Notes: generated by a model from the letters alone, not told the origin. DNA of 64,000 nucleotides from an uncultured Chloroflexia bacterium (GCA_963797095.1 CAWCNY010000004.1:384001-448000), one strand, 5' to 3'. Positions 1-10,082 are shown, counted from the first letter of the stretch. Numbers and translations are program-made.

Positions 1-27
1 GCCTACCAAATCAACCTCATCTGCATA

Positions 28-1104
28 TCAATCCGATGCCGAGACAATCTGCAGCCATTCAGGGAACAACGGCAAACTCTCCGACAGGTCGCGTGCCACG
101 GTAACAAAGCTATCACCTGCCACCTTGTTGAAGCCAAGCTGTCGAAAGAGAAGCCGGATCGGCAGATTCCGCTCGTTCACCCTGTACACCGCCCGAACCC
201 CCTTCATTCCCATCTCGATTGCCTCCTTCATTATCCAGAACACCAGCGCTGCCGGTATGCCGCGCCCCTCAACCCTGCATGACAACATAACCAGTTCAAT
301 AAGCCACACCGAAGCAGGCCAGGGTGGTTCCGTATCAACCAGGGCAGCCCCAATCAACCCGTAGTCGCCGAAACGATCCGTCAGCCGGGCTACAGGCATT
401 AACCAGCGCGGGTCATGTAACCGTTCCACCAACTCTTCACGATAATACGTGCGACCCGTAGAATTCAACTGGTGCGTCCTCTCGGTCATTTCAAGCACGC
501 GAGGCAGGTCCGCGTCCGTCGCAGGTGCTATTTCAAGATTCATCTCGCACCACTTGAGGAATTCAGCCCGGCTTCCTCTGAACGATGCTTCACTCTCCCG
601 CCTTATCTCTTCCTGCCTGTACATCTCCGCCCGGTGCTCGCTCTCCAGTGTCCCCGATCCGGCGTTGAAAGCAGGTGAATCCAGCGCCTCCTTCAGTTCA
701 TCAGGCGAAAGCACAAGCACCTGCGGCAGCATGTAGGCCACTTCTGCACGCTCAAATGGGTTATCATCCACGAATGCCAGGGCCTCAAGACCTAAATTCA
801 ACTGATCCGCGATGCGCCGGAGCGACCCGCTCTTAGGCTCCCAACTCACCTGAGGCGCTACGATATGCGCCTTCAACTCAGGATGCGAAAGAAGCAGTTC
901 GCGCATAGAAGGATCGTTCCTGCTGGCCACGCTGCTAACGACCCCGCGCCGCTCCAACTCCTTGATAATGCCAATCAACGACGCGTCCGGCGAGGGTGGG
1001 GCCTCGTTCACATCTCCTTCGACTGCCACTCCGGGCCAGAGCGTATTGTCCAGGTCCCAAACAACGCACTTTATGGGCTTTATGCGTTCCGGCCTAGCAC
1101 TCAC
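28..1104 (-). CDS. FkbH-like HAD-IIIC phosphatase / glyceryl transferase with C-terminal GNAT-like domain
   Basis: VVWDLDNTLW (DxDxT), SVASRND, FVDDNPFER, RTHQLN, DRFGDYGLIG and LSCRV (conserved Cys) are the FkbH-family motifs. Confidence 0.9.
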   Translation of the reverse strand: MSARPERIKPIKCVVWDLDNTLWPGVAVEGDVNEAPPSPDASLIGIIKELERRGVVSSVASRNDPSMRELLLSHPELKAHIVAPQVSWEPKSGSLRRIADQLNLGLEALAFVDDNPFERAEVAYMLPQVLVLSPDELKEALDSPAFNAGSGTLESEHRAEMYRQEEIRRESEASFRGSRAEFLKWCEMNLEIAPATDADLPRVLEMTERTHQLNSTGRTYYREELVERLHDPRWLMPVARLTDRFGDYGLIGAALVDTEPPWPASVWLIELVMLSCRVEGRGIPAALVFWIMKEAIEMGMKGVRAVYRVNERNLPIRLLFRQLGFNKVAGDSFVTVARDLSESLPLFPEWLQIVSASD

Positions 1105-1454
1105 AATCCCGGCCCCGAGTAGCCGCCCCGAACTATGCGGCGCACGCTGGCGTGCCGAGGCTTAAGCCCATCGCGGATCACCTCAATCACCTTGTCGGTG
1201 TTCATAGCCCCGCACGTAAAAATGTCAAGCGCCGCGAACCCTTCGTCCACCCAGGTATGGATCGATATATGCGACTCTGCCAGCAGCAGAAACCCCGTCA
1301 CACCCTGCGGGCTGAACTGGTGAAAGTGGCTGTGCAGAATGGTAGCTCCACCCGCTTCGGCGGCGCGGCACAATAATTCCTCTATAGGCTGCACTGTAGC
1401 CAGAACAGCAGGGTCCTGCACCCATATATCGTACAGTACGTGTCTATTGATCAT
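1101..1454 (-). CDS. speD: S-adenosylmethionine decarboxylase proenzyme (class 1B)
   Basis: HQFSPQGVTG, LLAESHISIHTW (E/S autocleavage site) and DIFTCG. Overlaps both neighbours by 4 bp. Confidence 0.9.
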   Translation of the reverse strand: MINRHVLYDIWVQDPAVLATVQPIEELLCRAAEAGGATILHSHFHQFSPQGVTGFLLLAESHISIHTWVDEGFAALDIFTCGAMNTDKVIEVIRDGLKPRHASVRRIVRGGYSGPGL

Positions 1455-1927
1455 CTTAAGGTCATCTTCATGGTCAGATGTTCGGCCTCGAACCCGAACT
1501 TCCTGTATATCAATCTCATTGGGGTGTTGTTCACGTGTACCTTACCAGTTATCTCACTAACACCCATACCCTTCGCATATTCCATGCCGTGAGCGAAGAT
1601 CGCATCTGCAACTGCGGCACTCTCCGGGTGATCTAGCCCATGTGCCACGGCCAGAGACCGAAATGTAGCGTATCGCTCGCCCGTCAGAAAATTGGTGTTG
1701 AGCGCCACCCACAACCAGCCGGCGACCTTTCCGCTTTCGCGCTCCTCCACCACGAACATCCCGTCCCGGTCGCGCTCCATAGCTTTCGCCAGCTTCTTCC
1801 GGTGCACCTCTGCGTCTACTATCGGGTCGTCCGGGAATGAGATACGCGCAATCTCTATCTCAAATTCCACGATGGCAGACAAGTCTGCCTCGTTCGGAGC
1901 GCGGAATAGATATCGATCTGTGGACAT
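1451..1927 (-). CDS. GNAT-family N-acetyltransferase
   Basis: VAGWLW, RSLAV and VHVNNTPMRLIYRKFGF (motif B). Start moved to ATG 1927 (MSTDRY) because the upstream extension overlaps the previous gene. Confidence 0.8.
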   Translation of the reverse strand: MSTDRYLFRAPNEADLSAIVEFEIEIARISFPDDPIVDAEVHRKKLAKAMERDRDGMFVVEERESGKVAGWLWVALNTNFLTGERYATFRSLAVAHGLDHPESAAVADAIFAHGMEYAKGMGVSEITGKVHVNNTPMRLIYRKFGFEAEHLTMKMTLR

Positions 1928-2054
1928 GAGCAGCAAATGGCCGGTAGGTTTAAGCGAATGGCTAAAATTAAGTATAACGCGATTTGCAAGGCCGCGCACG
2001 CCTGAATCAGCTTCAACAGGAAAGGTCAGACCCTGTGCGCACCTGGTCACGCGC

Positions 2055-3338
2055 TCAATTGCTCCCGCTGCCCCCATTGCGGCTAGAATTGCCGGGCGCA
2101 TGCTTCCGGGAAAGCAGCTTCAAACTGTGCGAACTGCACTGGGGGCATCCGGCCTCTTTCAAAGTCTCGATAGTAGCGTATTGGCCCCCGGCCTGCCCGC
2201 CGACCATCACCTGCGTGCCGCACTCCGTACACACATAACGCCTGATCGTGGGACGAACCTGTCCAGTGTAGATATTCTCCGTGTACTCGCCATCGACAAG
2301 AGGGAGGCTCGCTTCCGTCGTGCGCAGCACATACAGGTCACTCACCCCGGCCAGCACTCCCGCGCCCACATACTCATTGAAGTTCGGCACGAGGCGTTCT
2401 ATCACCAGTCCCATGCGTGCGATTGCGCTTTGCACCTCCACCTGTTCGTCGGGCGGGCGGTGCCCAAAATGCAGGTATATCTTCCCACCCTCCGGCCTTA
2501 TCGCCTGCACGGCCCGCGAAAGAAACAATTCAAGACCGGGCAGCGTATACGGCGGATCTGTCGAAACAGTTTCGAACTCGCCTTGCAAGTCTCGATGCAA
2601 GGGCTGGCGCACATCGTGGTGCACCAACCCAACCAGCACCTCCTCCTCAACAGCGATATCGCGCAGGTGATTCAGGATGCGATTGTCCGTGTCGAGCGCC
2701 ACCACCCGCCGTGCCAGTTTCCCCGAGGGCGAAAGCTCCTTACCCGCCAGCGCGATAGCGGCTGACACCGAGTCGTCATCCCCAAGCACCAGCACGTGCT
2801 TCCCCGCAAGTGCCCCATCTTCATACATCAGCGCCACACGCCGAAGGTTGGTCTCAGGCGTGCAATGGCTCTGGTCCAGCGTTACATCAACACGAGGATT
2901 GCCCATAAAATGCCTGCGAAGCACCTCAAGCAAATTGCTCCACACCCGCCCTTGAGGCGCAACGCCCAGGCCACCGCACTCTGGGCAGATCACAGCGTTG
3001 GTATGCCCGGCCTCCGCATCCTCAGATGACTGCTCAGAGGCACGCAAAGACGCCCAACCCCAGGCGTCACCGATCATACTATCGGCAGCCCCGGTCAGCA
3101 CCAAATGAGGTCCAGCTTCCAGCACACCCGCCTTCTCAAGCTCGCGCCTCACGGCTGTCACCACAGGCAAAGGCAACCGAACCATGCGCGCCAGTGCCCT
3201 CGCAGTCAGCGGCTCAGCGTTTCCGTCGTGCTGCGCCCTATACACCACGCGTAGCACCTCTTCCACCCCCGCAGCCCCCTCCCGAAGTTGCGCCCGCTCG
3301 GCCACCGATTTCAGCAAACTATTCCTATCCGTAAGCAT
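2055..3338 (-). CDS. BpsA-family (bis-aminopropyl spermidine / branched-chain polyamine synthase-like) protein with HTH and Zn-finger motifs
   Basis: LDQSHCTPETNLRR, VLVLGDDDSVS, LDTDNRIL, HDVRQPL, TDPPYT and PNFNEY; CPECGG and CTECG...CPQC Cys pairs. Start at ATG 3338 with AAGGGGA RBS. Confidence 0.8.
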   Translation of the reverse strand: MLTDRNSLLKSVAERAQLREGAAGVEEVLRVVYRAQHDGNAEPLTARALARMVRLPLPVVTAVRRELEKAGVLEAGPHLVLTGAADSMIGDAWGWASLRASEQSSEDAEAGHTNAVICPECGGLGVAPQGRVWSNLLEVLRRHFMGNPRVDVTLDQSHCTPETNLRRVALMYEDGALAGKHVLVLGDDDSVSAAIALAGKELSPSGKLARRVVALDTDNRILNHLRDIAVEEEVLVGLVHHDVRQPLHRDLQGEFETVSTDPPYTLPGLELFLSRAVQAIRPEGGKIYLHFGHRPPDEQVEVQSAIARMGLVIERLVPNFNEYVGAGVLAGVSDLYVLRTTEASLPLVDGEYTENIYTGQVRPTIRRYVCTECGTQVMVGGQAGGQYATIETLKEAGCPQCSSHSLKLLSRKHAPGNSSRNGGSGSN

Positions 3339-3360
3339 TGTCCCCTTCAGTAAGTTCCAA

Positions 3361-3445
3361 TCACCAGCGACCAACAACCACGAACCAGGAACCAGAAACT
3401 TGGAACTTGGAACCTGGAACCAAGATCTAGGAACCAGCCAAAACC
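3361..3445. repeat. Degenerate heptamer tandem repeat (GGAACYW-like), intergenic
   Basis: cgaacca ggaacca gaaactt ggaactt ggaacct ggaacca... Confidence 0.75.
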
Positions 3446-4884
3446 AGCGCGGACCTCGGCAAAATAGCAACCTTGAGAGCACCGTTCTCCACCGTATACG
3501 TATGCCCTTTCCACACATCCTTGAGACTGGTGCCATCCTGCAATAGCTCCCCGACTGGTATTGAGGGTTCTTCCGGCAATTCACCCTTGTTGAAGACAGC
3601 AATCACACGGTCCCCATCCAGGTGACGCGCCAGCGCGTACACATTATCTTCCCCATAGAGCGAGCTAAACCGCCCCGACCTGAGCGCCGGGTGCTCGTGC
3701 CGCAAAGCGATAGCCTGCTTGAAGAAGCTCAACGTATCTTCGTCCCACTTGCTATCGTCCCATGGGAACGCTGCCCTGCTCATCGGATCCTTCCCACCCG
3801 CCATCCCTATCTCGTCCCCATAGTAGACACACGGCGCGCCCGGATAGACCATCTGGAATAAGGTCGAAAGCCGGAGCGCACTTCGGTCTCCTGCCGCGAT
3901 TGTCAAAAAGCGGGCCGTATCATGGCTATCGAGCAGGTTTAGCTGCACAGCGGTAACCTCAGGCGGATATAGCTGCAATAGCGCATCTACCTCGCGAGCG
4001 AACTCGCCACCCGCCAGCTGGCGTAACGGCCACAGCGTCGTCCCCTGCACCAGACCGGGGTCCTCAATCTTCTCGATAAAGAACTCTATACACAGCTTCG
4101 TGAATAGGTAGTTCATAACCGCATCAAACTGGTCCCCTTGTAGCCATCGAGAAGCATCTTCCCAGATTTCGCCCACGATGTAGGCCTCCGGATTCGCTCC
4201 TTTCACCCGCCTCCGGAACTCCTGCCAGAAAGCATCGTCGTTTATCTCGCCCGGCACGTCCAACCGCCACCCATCGATCCCGAACTCTACCCAGTGCACC
4301 GCCACGTCGAGCAGGAACTCGCGCACATCCTGCGTGTCGGTATTGAACTTGGGTAGGGCGTGCAGATTCCACCACGCGTCATAATTTGGCGCGCTGTACG
4401 TGTCATACGCGTGTAGCGGCCACCCCTTGATCCTGAACCAATCGAGGTATGGAGAATGGGGGCCATTCTCCAATATATCGTTGAACTGAAAGAAGCCTCT
4501 GCTCGCGTGGTTGAACACCCCGTCCAACACTACCCTCACGCCGCGCCGGTGCGCCTCGTCCAGCAGAGTCCGGAACGCAGCGTTTCCCCCCACCAACGGG
4601 TCCACTTTAAAGTAATCGTGCGTGTGATACCGGTGGTTGGCTGTCGATTGGAATATGGGGTTGAAATAGATCGCGTTCACCCCCAACTCCACCAGGTAAT
4701 CGAGATGCTCGACCACTCCGATCAGGTCGCCACCCTTGAACCCATGAGAGGTAGGCGGGCTGTCCCATGTCTCCAGGTTGCGCGGCTTGTGCAGACTCGC
4801 GCTCTTTGCAAATCTATCAGGGAATATTTGGTAAAAGACGGCATCCCGCACCCATGCGGGCGTCTGCACCGACGTTTCAATCAT
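3427..4884 (-). CDS. GH13 glycosidase (cyclomaltodextrinase / neopullulanase-like)
   Basis: FYQIFPDRF, GGDL, DGVFNH, DGWRLDV, GEIW, LDSHDTAR and YYGDEIGM. Confidence 0.93.
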   Translation of the reverse strand: MIETSVQTPAWVRDAVFYQIFPDRFAKSASLHKPRNLETWDSPPTSHGFKGGDLIGVVEHLDYLVELGVNAIYFNPIFQSTANHRYHTHDYFKVDPLVGGNAAFRTLLDEAHRRGVRVVLDGVFNHASRGFFQFNDILENGPHSPYLDWFRIKGWPLHAYDTYSAPNYDAWWNLHALPKFNTDTQDVREFLLDVAVHWVEFGIDGWRLDVPGEINDDAFWQEFRRRVKGANPEAYIVGEIWEDASRWLQGDQFDAVMNYLFTKLCIEFFIEKIEDPGLVQGTTLWPLRQLAGGEFAREVDALLQLYPPEVTAVQLNLLDSHDTARFLTIAAGDRSALRLSTLFQMVYPGAPCVYYGDEIGMAGGKDPMSRAAFPWDDSKWDEDTLSFFKQAIALRHEHPALRSGRFSSLYGEDNVYALARHLDGDRVIAVFNKGELPEEPSIPVGELLQDGTSLKDVWKGHTYTVENGALKVAILPRSALVLAGS

Positions 4885-4906
4885 CTATGATTAAGTCCTT
4901 CGTAGA

Positions 4907-5539
4907 TCACCCCAGGTTGGCCCTCATCATCTCAACCAGGGTCTTGATCGCTGCCTCGTTGTAGCTGTCCTCGTTCCAGGGGATTATCAGGTCGGCGTAT
5001 CGCTTGCTAGGCTCCACAAACGCCAGGTGCATTGGCCGCACCGTCCGTTTGTACTGCTCTATCACCGATTGCATCGACCTCTCCCGCTCCCCTACGTCTC
5101 GTACCAGCCGGCGTATGAACCTGATATCAGCGTCCGTATCAACGTACACTTTTATGTCGAGTAGCTCGCGTAGCTCAGGCTCAACGAGTATCATTATACC
5201 CTCAACAATGATAACAGGTTGCGGCTCTACACGCACGGTATCGGGTGTTCGCGTATACGTTGCGAAGTCGTACTGTGGCCTCTCCACCACCGACCCTGCC
5301 AGCAGGGCGCGCAAATGCCTGACCAGCAGGTCTGTCTCAAGCGCATTGGGGTCATCCCAGTTCCTGGCGCGTAGCTCTTCTATCGCCACGCCCGGAAACT
5401 CGCGGTAATACTCGTCGTGCGGCAGCAGCGCCACGTTGCCTCGCCCTACCGCCTCCACCAACCGGCCCACCACCGTGCTCTTCCCCGACCCGCTTCCCCC
5501 CGCCACTCCTATGGTAAGAGGAACCTTTCCAGGAGACAT
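4907..5539 (-). CDS. udk: Uridine kinase
   Basis: GVAGGSGSGKST P-loop, IIVEGI, DADIRFIRRLVRD and FVEPSKRYADLIIP. Confidence 0.93.
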   Translation of the reverse strand: MSPGKVPLTIGVAGGSGSGKSTVVGRLVEAVGRGNVALLPHDEYYREFPGVAIEELRARNWDDPNALETDLLVRHLRALLAGSVVERPQYDFATYTRTPDTVRVEPQPVIIVEGIMILVEPELRELLDIKVYVDTDADIRFIRRLVRDVGERERSMQSVIEQYKRTVRPMHLAFVEPSKRYADLIIPWNEDSYNEAAIKTLVEMMRANLG

Positions 5540-5545
5540 ATAAAC

Positions 5546-6703
5546 TTAGTCCCTCACAACGCCGGTAGAGGCGTGCGTGCGCGACGCGCCTCGCCGCGCC
5601 AGCACCCGCTCGTACACATCCAGGGTGTTCCGGGCTGCCCTCTCCCACGTAAACTCGGCGGCGCGCGCAAGGCCAAGCGCACTCAACTCGGCCCCCAGGT
5701 CCGGCTCCATGCACAACCTGTAGAGAGCAGCGGCAATCTCTTCAACCGACAGCGGATCGACCAGCAAGGCCGCGCCATCGGCCACCTCGGCCAGGCCCGA
5801 AGAGCCGGACGTGACCACGGGCGTGCCGCACGCCATCGCTTCCAGCACGGGCAGGCCGAACCCTTCGTATATTGACGGGAAGGCCATCGCCGAAGCAGCT
5901 GAATAGAGGGCAGGTAGGTGCTCAAAAGGTACATAGCCCGTGAACACCACCTCCGACCCCAATCCCAATCGCTCGACCTCGGCATAGATCGGCTCGCAAT
6001 GCCAGCCTGGCTGCCCGACCAATGCCAGCTTGTGCGGCAGGCCGCGCTTGCGCAATTGAGCGAATGCATTAATAAGACGGGTCAGGTTCTTGCGCGGTTC
6101 TATAGTACCCACATACAGGACGTAGGGCCCATTGAGCTTATAGTGAGCGCGCACCATCTCCAGTTGCTCTCGGTCTTCAACCCGCATGAACGCAGGCGAC
6201 ACTGCGTTCATGATTACATGCACCTTGTCGGCGGGAACCTTCAAGAGACGCACAATATCGTCGCGGGCACTCTTCGATACAGTAACGATGGCCTCAGCCC
6301 GCCGCACCACCAATGGAATAAGGGTGCGGTCCAGCAACAGCTTCTTCCACCTGTGCAGCCCGGGGGTGATGAACAGGGTCATATCGTGGATCGTGACTAC
6401 ATAAGGGCATGCGGTGGCAACCGGCGCGAGATAGTTGGGGAAATGACAGATATCGGGGCGTACCTGCCGGAGCGTGCCCGGCAGTACCCCCTGCATCCAG
6501 GCGACCCGTACAGGGAAGAAGCGCCCAATATAGAACCGCTCGTGCGCAAGGCGTGTCCAGGAGCCGTTCACCTCGCGGTTGGTGAACAGGAGGTAATCAT
6601 GCTGGGGAGCCACTGCCATCATCCCCGCGAGGAGATTCTGGGCGTAGTACCCAACGCCCGACTTGAACCCTTGTAGAGCCGAAGCCTCGTATCCAATCAA
6701 CAT
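5546..6703 (-). CDS. Glycosyltransferase family 4 (group 1)
   Basis: SGVGYY, TIHDM, VGTIEPRKN and FPSIYEGFGLPVLEAMACG (EX7E). Start moved to ATG 6703, outside the heptamer repeat. Confidence 0.92.
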   Translation of the reverse strand: MLIGYEASALQGFKSGVGYYAQNLLAGMMAVAPQHDYLLFTNREVNGSWTRLAHERFYIGRFFPVRVAWMQGVLPGTLRQVRPDICHFPNYLAPVATACPYVVTIHDMTLFITPGLHRWKKLLLDRTLIPLVVRRAEAIVTVSKSARDDIVRLLKVPADKVHVIMNAVSPAFMRVEDREQLEMVRAHYKLNGPYVLYVGTIEPRKNLTRLINAFAQLRKRGLPHKLALVGQPGWHCEPIYAEVERLGLGSEVVFTGYVPFEHLPALYSAASAMAFPSIYEGFGLPVLEAMACGTPVVTSGSSGLAEVADGAALLVDPLSVEEIAAALYRLCMEPDLGAELSALGLARAAEFTWERAARNTLDVYERVLARRGASRTHASTGVVRD

Positions 6704-6747
6704 CCCGTCGAGCCTTTCGTCTTCAGTAGTAGCTAGCCAGCTATCAA

Positions 6748-6830
6748 AACCGGGAACTTGGAACTTGGAACTTGGAACTGGGAACTTGGAACTGGGAACC
6801 ACCGCCCCTAGACTACCGACTACCAACTGT
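6748..6830. repeat. Heptamer tandem repeat (GGAACTT/GGAACTG about x7, then GACTACC)
   Basis: Seen directly in the sequence between the GT4 and ligase genes. Confidence 0.85.
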
Positions 6831-8645
6831 TCGCACGCTCGCCGCGCTCGCCGCAAGTAGAAACCAGAAGACTACGTATATGGGTGTCGAGAATAAAAAA
6901 TAGTCTACCACACCATGAGCAAAAAAAGCTACCAGCGCCGATGTAGTCCCGACCCCCAGCAACCAGGAAGGACCTGTGGGCATGCGCAACAGCCCGCGAA
7001 CCGCCCGCCACAGTGCCAGCCCCGCCAACCACAGGAACGCCGCACCTCCCACAATGCCCAGATTAGTGAACATCTCTATGTACGTATTATTCGTAAAGAT
7101 ATTGCGGTTCCAGTCGGTCACACCGGCGTATTCGCCATACAGGTTGCGAAAACCGTCCGGCCCCACTCCCGTGATCGGGTGCGCCAGGAACATCTTCCAG
7201 GCTACCCGCCAGAGCTTGGTGCGCTCAACGCTGGTGGTGTCCGCGATTGCCTCTACATCCAGCGGAGGCGGCATCGCGGACGCAGGTGGCTGCTGGCTGC
7301 CCACTACCTCTGCCACCGCCTCGTTAATTATGTACGCTCGTATCTCACCTTTCATGCCCTGCTTGCGATCAAACCAGGTGACGTTTTCGTGCACCATGTC
7401 CCACTCAAAGCGGTAGCGCCCAGGCTGCGGCGGCGCTTGCACTATAGCCAATACGGAGACGGTTTCACCCGGCGCGACATCGTGCGGCAGAGGTGAGCGA
7501 AGCCCATCAAACACAAGGTATACATTCTCTGTCGCGCTCAGCCAGTGGTAGCTCACGCGCACGGGCAGCACTCCACTGGCAGGCCATTCCATCTGGCCGT
7601 CGTTCCTTAGCGTCACAGGCACGCTGATCACTTCGCGAGCAGACAAATCAGGCAGCGGCTCCGCCGTCACCGTCGCCTTGTACCAGTCCAGGTCGTTCTC
7701 TGTAAGCAGGCGCAGGCGGAACATCGGCTGCGTAGCTAACACCACCGCCCCACCCACCGCCATTACACCCACCACCACCGCCAGCGACCGCCAAACGCGG
7801 CGAAGTTCGATTTCGTAACCTGGCGAGGTTTGAGGCTCAAGAGGGCTATAAGCCTCAACCTTGGACGCTCGCCCCTTGATAATCGCCGCCACCGCAAACA
7901 CAGCCAGCGCAACCACCACCCCACCCAAAGCCGCACGGCTAAACGTCAAGATCAAGGCCACCATATATATCCCGGTCGCCACATACAGCAAAGCCAGTAC
8001 GAAGCGTCGTTTCCCCTCGGACACCTGTCCCTCGCCGAACAAGATGCTAACTAGGTAGCGTGCTGCGAATATCATGGCGATAGAAATCAGCACGGGCAGC
8101 GCCATCTCAAAATACATGGCCGCCCCGTTGGCATACTCGAACGTGCCACTCAGCCGCAGCATCCCACCTACCGTAGTCGGTTGTGGCTTGAACGCTTTCA
8201 GGAACGGCTGGATGTCGAATCCAGGCGCGAACTCCAATAGCCCCAACACGGCGGAAACGAAGCCTGCTCCCACAAATACGGATAGAGCTACAAATAACCT
8301 GCGGCGGCTGCGCAGCGTCTCCCATGCCACCGCATAGACCATCGCCCCCATCACCAACCGGTAACCGAACTGTACCCCCAGTGCCCTGTATTCACCGAAG
8401 ATTGTCGAAACCACGGTCGCGCCCAGCAGCGCCAGAATGGGCCACTTCAAAGGCAGCCTCAACAACTGTTGCCGCGCCCCACTATCCAACACAAGCCTGA
8501 CAACAAATACTCCGGCCAGTACGAACAGTGCTGCTTCCAGGTTTGTGAAGGTCGCCCAAAGAAAACGCCCAAGCGGTGGGTAGCCCGCCTCAAACGGGCT
8601 GAGCGCTACCACCGCCAGCAACACTCCATAGAGCGCCTTGTTCAT
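6813..8645 (-). CDS. O-antigen ligase / Wzy-C family membrane protein with an inserted soluble Ig-like domain
   Basis: RLSGTFEYAN, LTFSRAA, HPITGVGPDGF, NNTYIEM and AHGVVDY; insert VTLRNDG..W...VSYHW...PGRYRFEWDMV. ATGA overlap with the flippase. Confidence 0.8.
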   Translation of the reverse strand: MNKALYGVLLAVVALSPFEAGYPPLGRFLWATFTNLEAALFVLAGVFVVRLVLDSGARQQLLRLPLKWPILALLGATVVSTIFGEYRALGVQFGYRLVMGAMVYAVAWETLRSRRRLFVALSVFVGAGFVSAVLGLLEFAPGFDIQPFLKAFKPQPTTVGGMLRLSGTFEYANGAAMYFEMALPVLISIAMIFAARYLVSILFGEGQVSEGKRRFVLALLYVATGIYMVALILTFSRAALGGVVVALAVFAVAAIIKGRASKVEAYSPLEPQTSPGYEIELRRVWRSLAVVVGVMAVGGAVVLATQPMFRLRLLTENDLDWYKATVTAEPLPDLSAREVISVPVTLRNDGQMEWPASGVLPVRVSYHWLSATENVYLVFDGLRSPLPHDVAPGETVSVLAIVQAPPQPGRYRFEWDMVHENVTWFDRKQGMKGEIRAYIINEAVAEVVGSQQPPASAMPPPLDVEAIADTTSVERTKLWRVAWKMFLAHPITGVGPDGFRNLYGEYAGVTDWNRNIFTNNTYIEMFTNLGIVGGAAFLWLAGLALWRAVRGLLRMPTGPSWLLGVGTTSALVAFFAHGVVDYFLFSTPIYVVFWFLLAASAASVRTVGSR

Positions 8646-10033
8646 GAAGGAAGCTCCAGGTCGGCTGGCGACGAGTTCGAGATCGTCGGCTGCGAATTGC
8701 TTGGGCGCACCTGAGACAACCCATCGGCCCCGGCATGCCCGGCGGCGGCACCGTGCCGCACCACTGCAACAGCGCATAGCGCAAATAGCGCAACTTCGGT
8801 TGCAATCGTCGCCAGCGCCGCCCCTACCAACCCCAGCGTAGGTATCAACACTACGTTGGCCCCCACGTTCACAAAAACCGAAGTCAACGTGAACAGCGCA
8901 TACAGCCTCGGCTTATCGACCGCGATCAGCGCATTAGTCAACCCATAGTTCAAATACATAGGCACACAAGCCAGCGCCAACCAGGCAAGTATCGGCCCGG
9001 ACGCCGCATACACCGGGCCATACAGAACGCCGACGATCGGCACCGCCAATATCGCCAGCACTGAGGTAGCTAGCACACCCAGCCCAAGCAGCACAAGCAT
9101 CGTTTGCCCAAGCAGGTCGCGTAACACCTTCGTATTCGATCCATCCACGCGCGCCGACCGGGCCAGCAAAGGGAAAGTTGCAGCCAGCAGCACACCAGGC
9201 ACTATCAAGGAAGGCTCGAACAGTTTGTAGGCCACATTGTACACGGCCAACGCTTCATGCCCCAGGATCGGCGGTATCAGCAAATTGTCCACACGAAACG
9301 AGATAATGCTGAAAATCACCCCGATACCCACCGCCGTAGGTTGCGTCAACGAGCCGCGCCAGTAAGCCCAATCTATGCGCCACAGCGGATGCACGTAGCG
9401 CAGCAACAGCCTGTAGCTCACCCCGATAGCCGCCAGTGTCGCGAGCACAAAGGCAATCGCCAACCCCCACACCCCCGCGCCCACCAGCAACAAACCCACG
9501 CCAAGCGCCAGGGTGATCCCCCGCGCTACCAACCCGGTCCACGCCTCCCATCCCAATCTACCAAGCGCACGAAAACAGTTAGCCAGGTAGTCCAGCCCTG
9601 TGCCCAGCACCATCGCCAGCCCCACCACCAGCAAAGCCCCCTGGTTGCCCACAGGCTCAACGTACACCGCCCCCGCGATCAGCAGCATAGCAACCACGGA
9701 TAACCCACTCTTGAGCAGCAGCCCGCCCCCGATCAAGCTCCCCGCCGCCACCGGATCGCCAAAGCGTTGCTTCCCAGCTTCACCCGCGATCAGGAGCCGC
9801 GCGAGCTCTCTCTGCACGAACATTTGCAGCCCAAAGTCCGCCACCTGTGCCAGCATGAAACCGATGCTAAGCGCGAACGTGAAATCCCCGAAATCGCCCT
9901 GTGACAACTGGCGCGCGGCGACCCACAACAAGCCATATTGTAACAATCTGCCCGTAAGGTCGGATCCCAGCTTCGCCAGCGCTCCCCGCCCCTTGATTAT
10001 GCGTGCGAAATTGAGGATCATTGAACCAAACAT
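8642..10033 (-). CDS. Polysaccharide flippase (Wzx / MOP family)
   Basis: 12-14 hydrophobic segments; ADFGL, RVDNLLI, AVYNVAYK and LIPTLGLVGAALAT. Start at 10033 is supported by TGaTACAAT 7 nt upstream. Confidence 0.85.
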   Translation of the reverse strand: MFGSMILNFARIIKGRGALAKLGSDLTGRLLQYGLLWVAARQLSQGDFGDFTFALSIGFMLAQVADFGLQMFVQRELARLLIAGEAGKQRFGDPVAAGSLIGGGLLLKSGLSVVAMLLIAGAVYVEPVGNQGALLVVGLAMVLGTGLDYLANCFRALGRLGWEAWTGLVARGITLALGVGLLLVGAGVWGLAIAFVLATLAAIGVSYRLLLRYVHPLWRIDWAYWRGSLTQPTAVGIGVIFSIISFRVDNLLIPPILGHEALAVYNVAYKLFEPSLIVPGVLLAATFPLLARSARVDGSNTKVLRDLLGQTMLVLLGLGVLATSVLAILAVPIVGVLYGPVYAASGPILAWLALACVPMYLNYGLTNALIAVDKPRLYALFTLTSVFVNVGANVVLIPTLGLVGAALATIATEVALFALCAVAVVRHGAAAGHAGADGLSQVRPSNSQPTISNSSPADLELPS

Positions 10034-10082
10034 GATCAGGATTGTATCATAAAGTAGGCGATTCTTTACCAACCACATCTCT

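Noticed and set aside
1692-2765. 357-aa plus-strand ORF
   Set aside because: Antisense shadow of the GNAT and BpsA-like genes; no recognisable motifs.
3339-3602. N-terminal extension of the BpsA-like ORF (and likewise 6704-6856 for the GT4 gene)
   Set aside because: The extensions run through heptamer repeats (FQVPSSK...) and overlap the upstream genes; better starts exist downstream.
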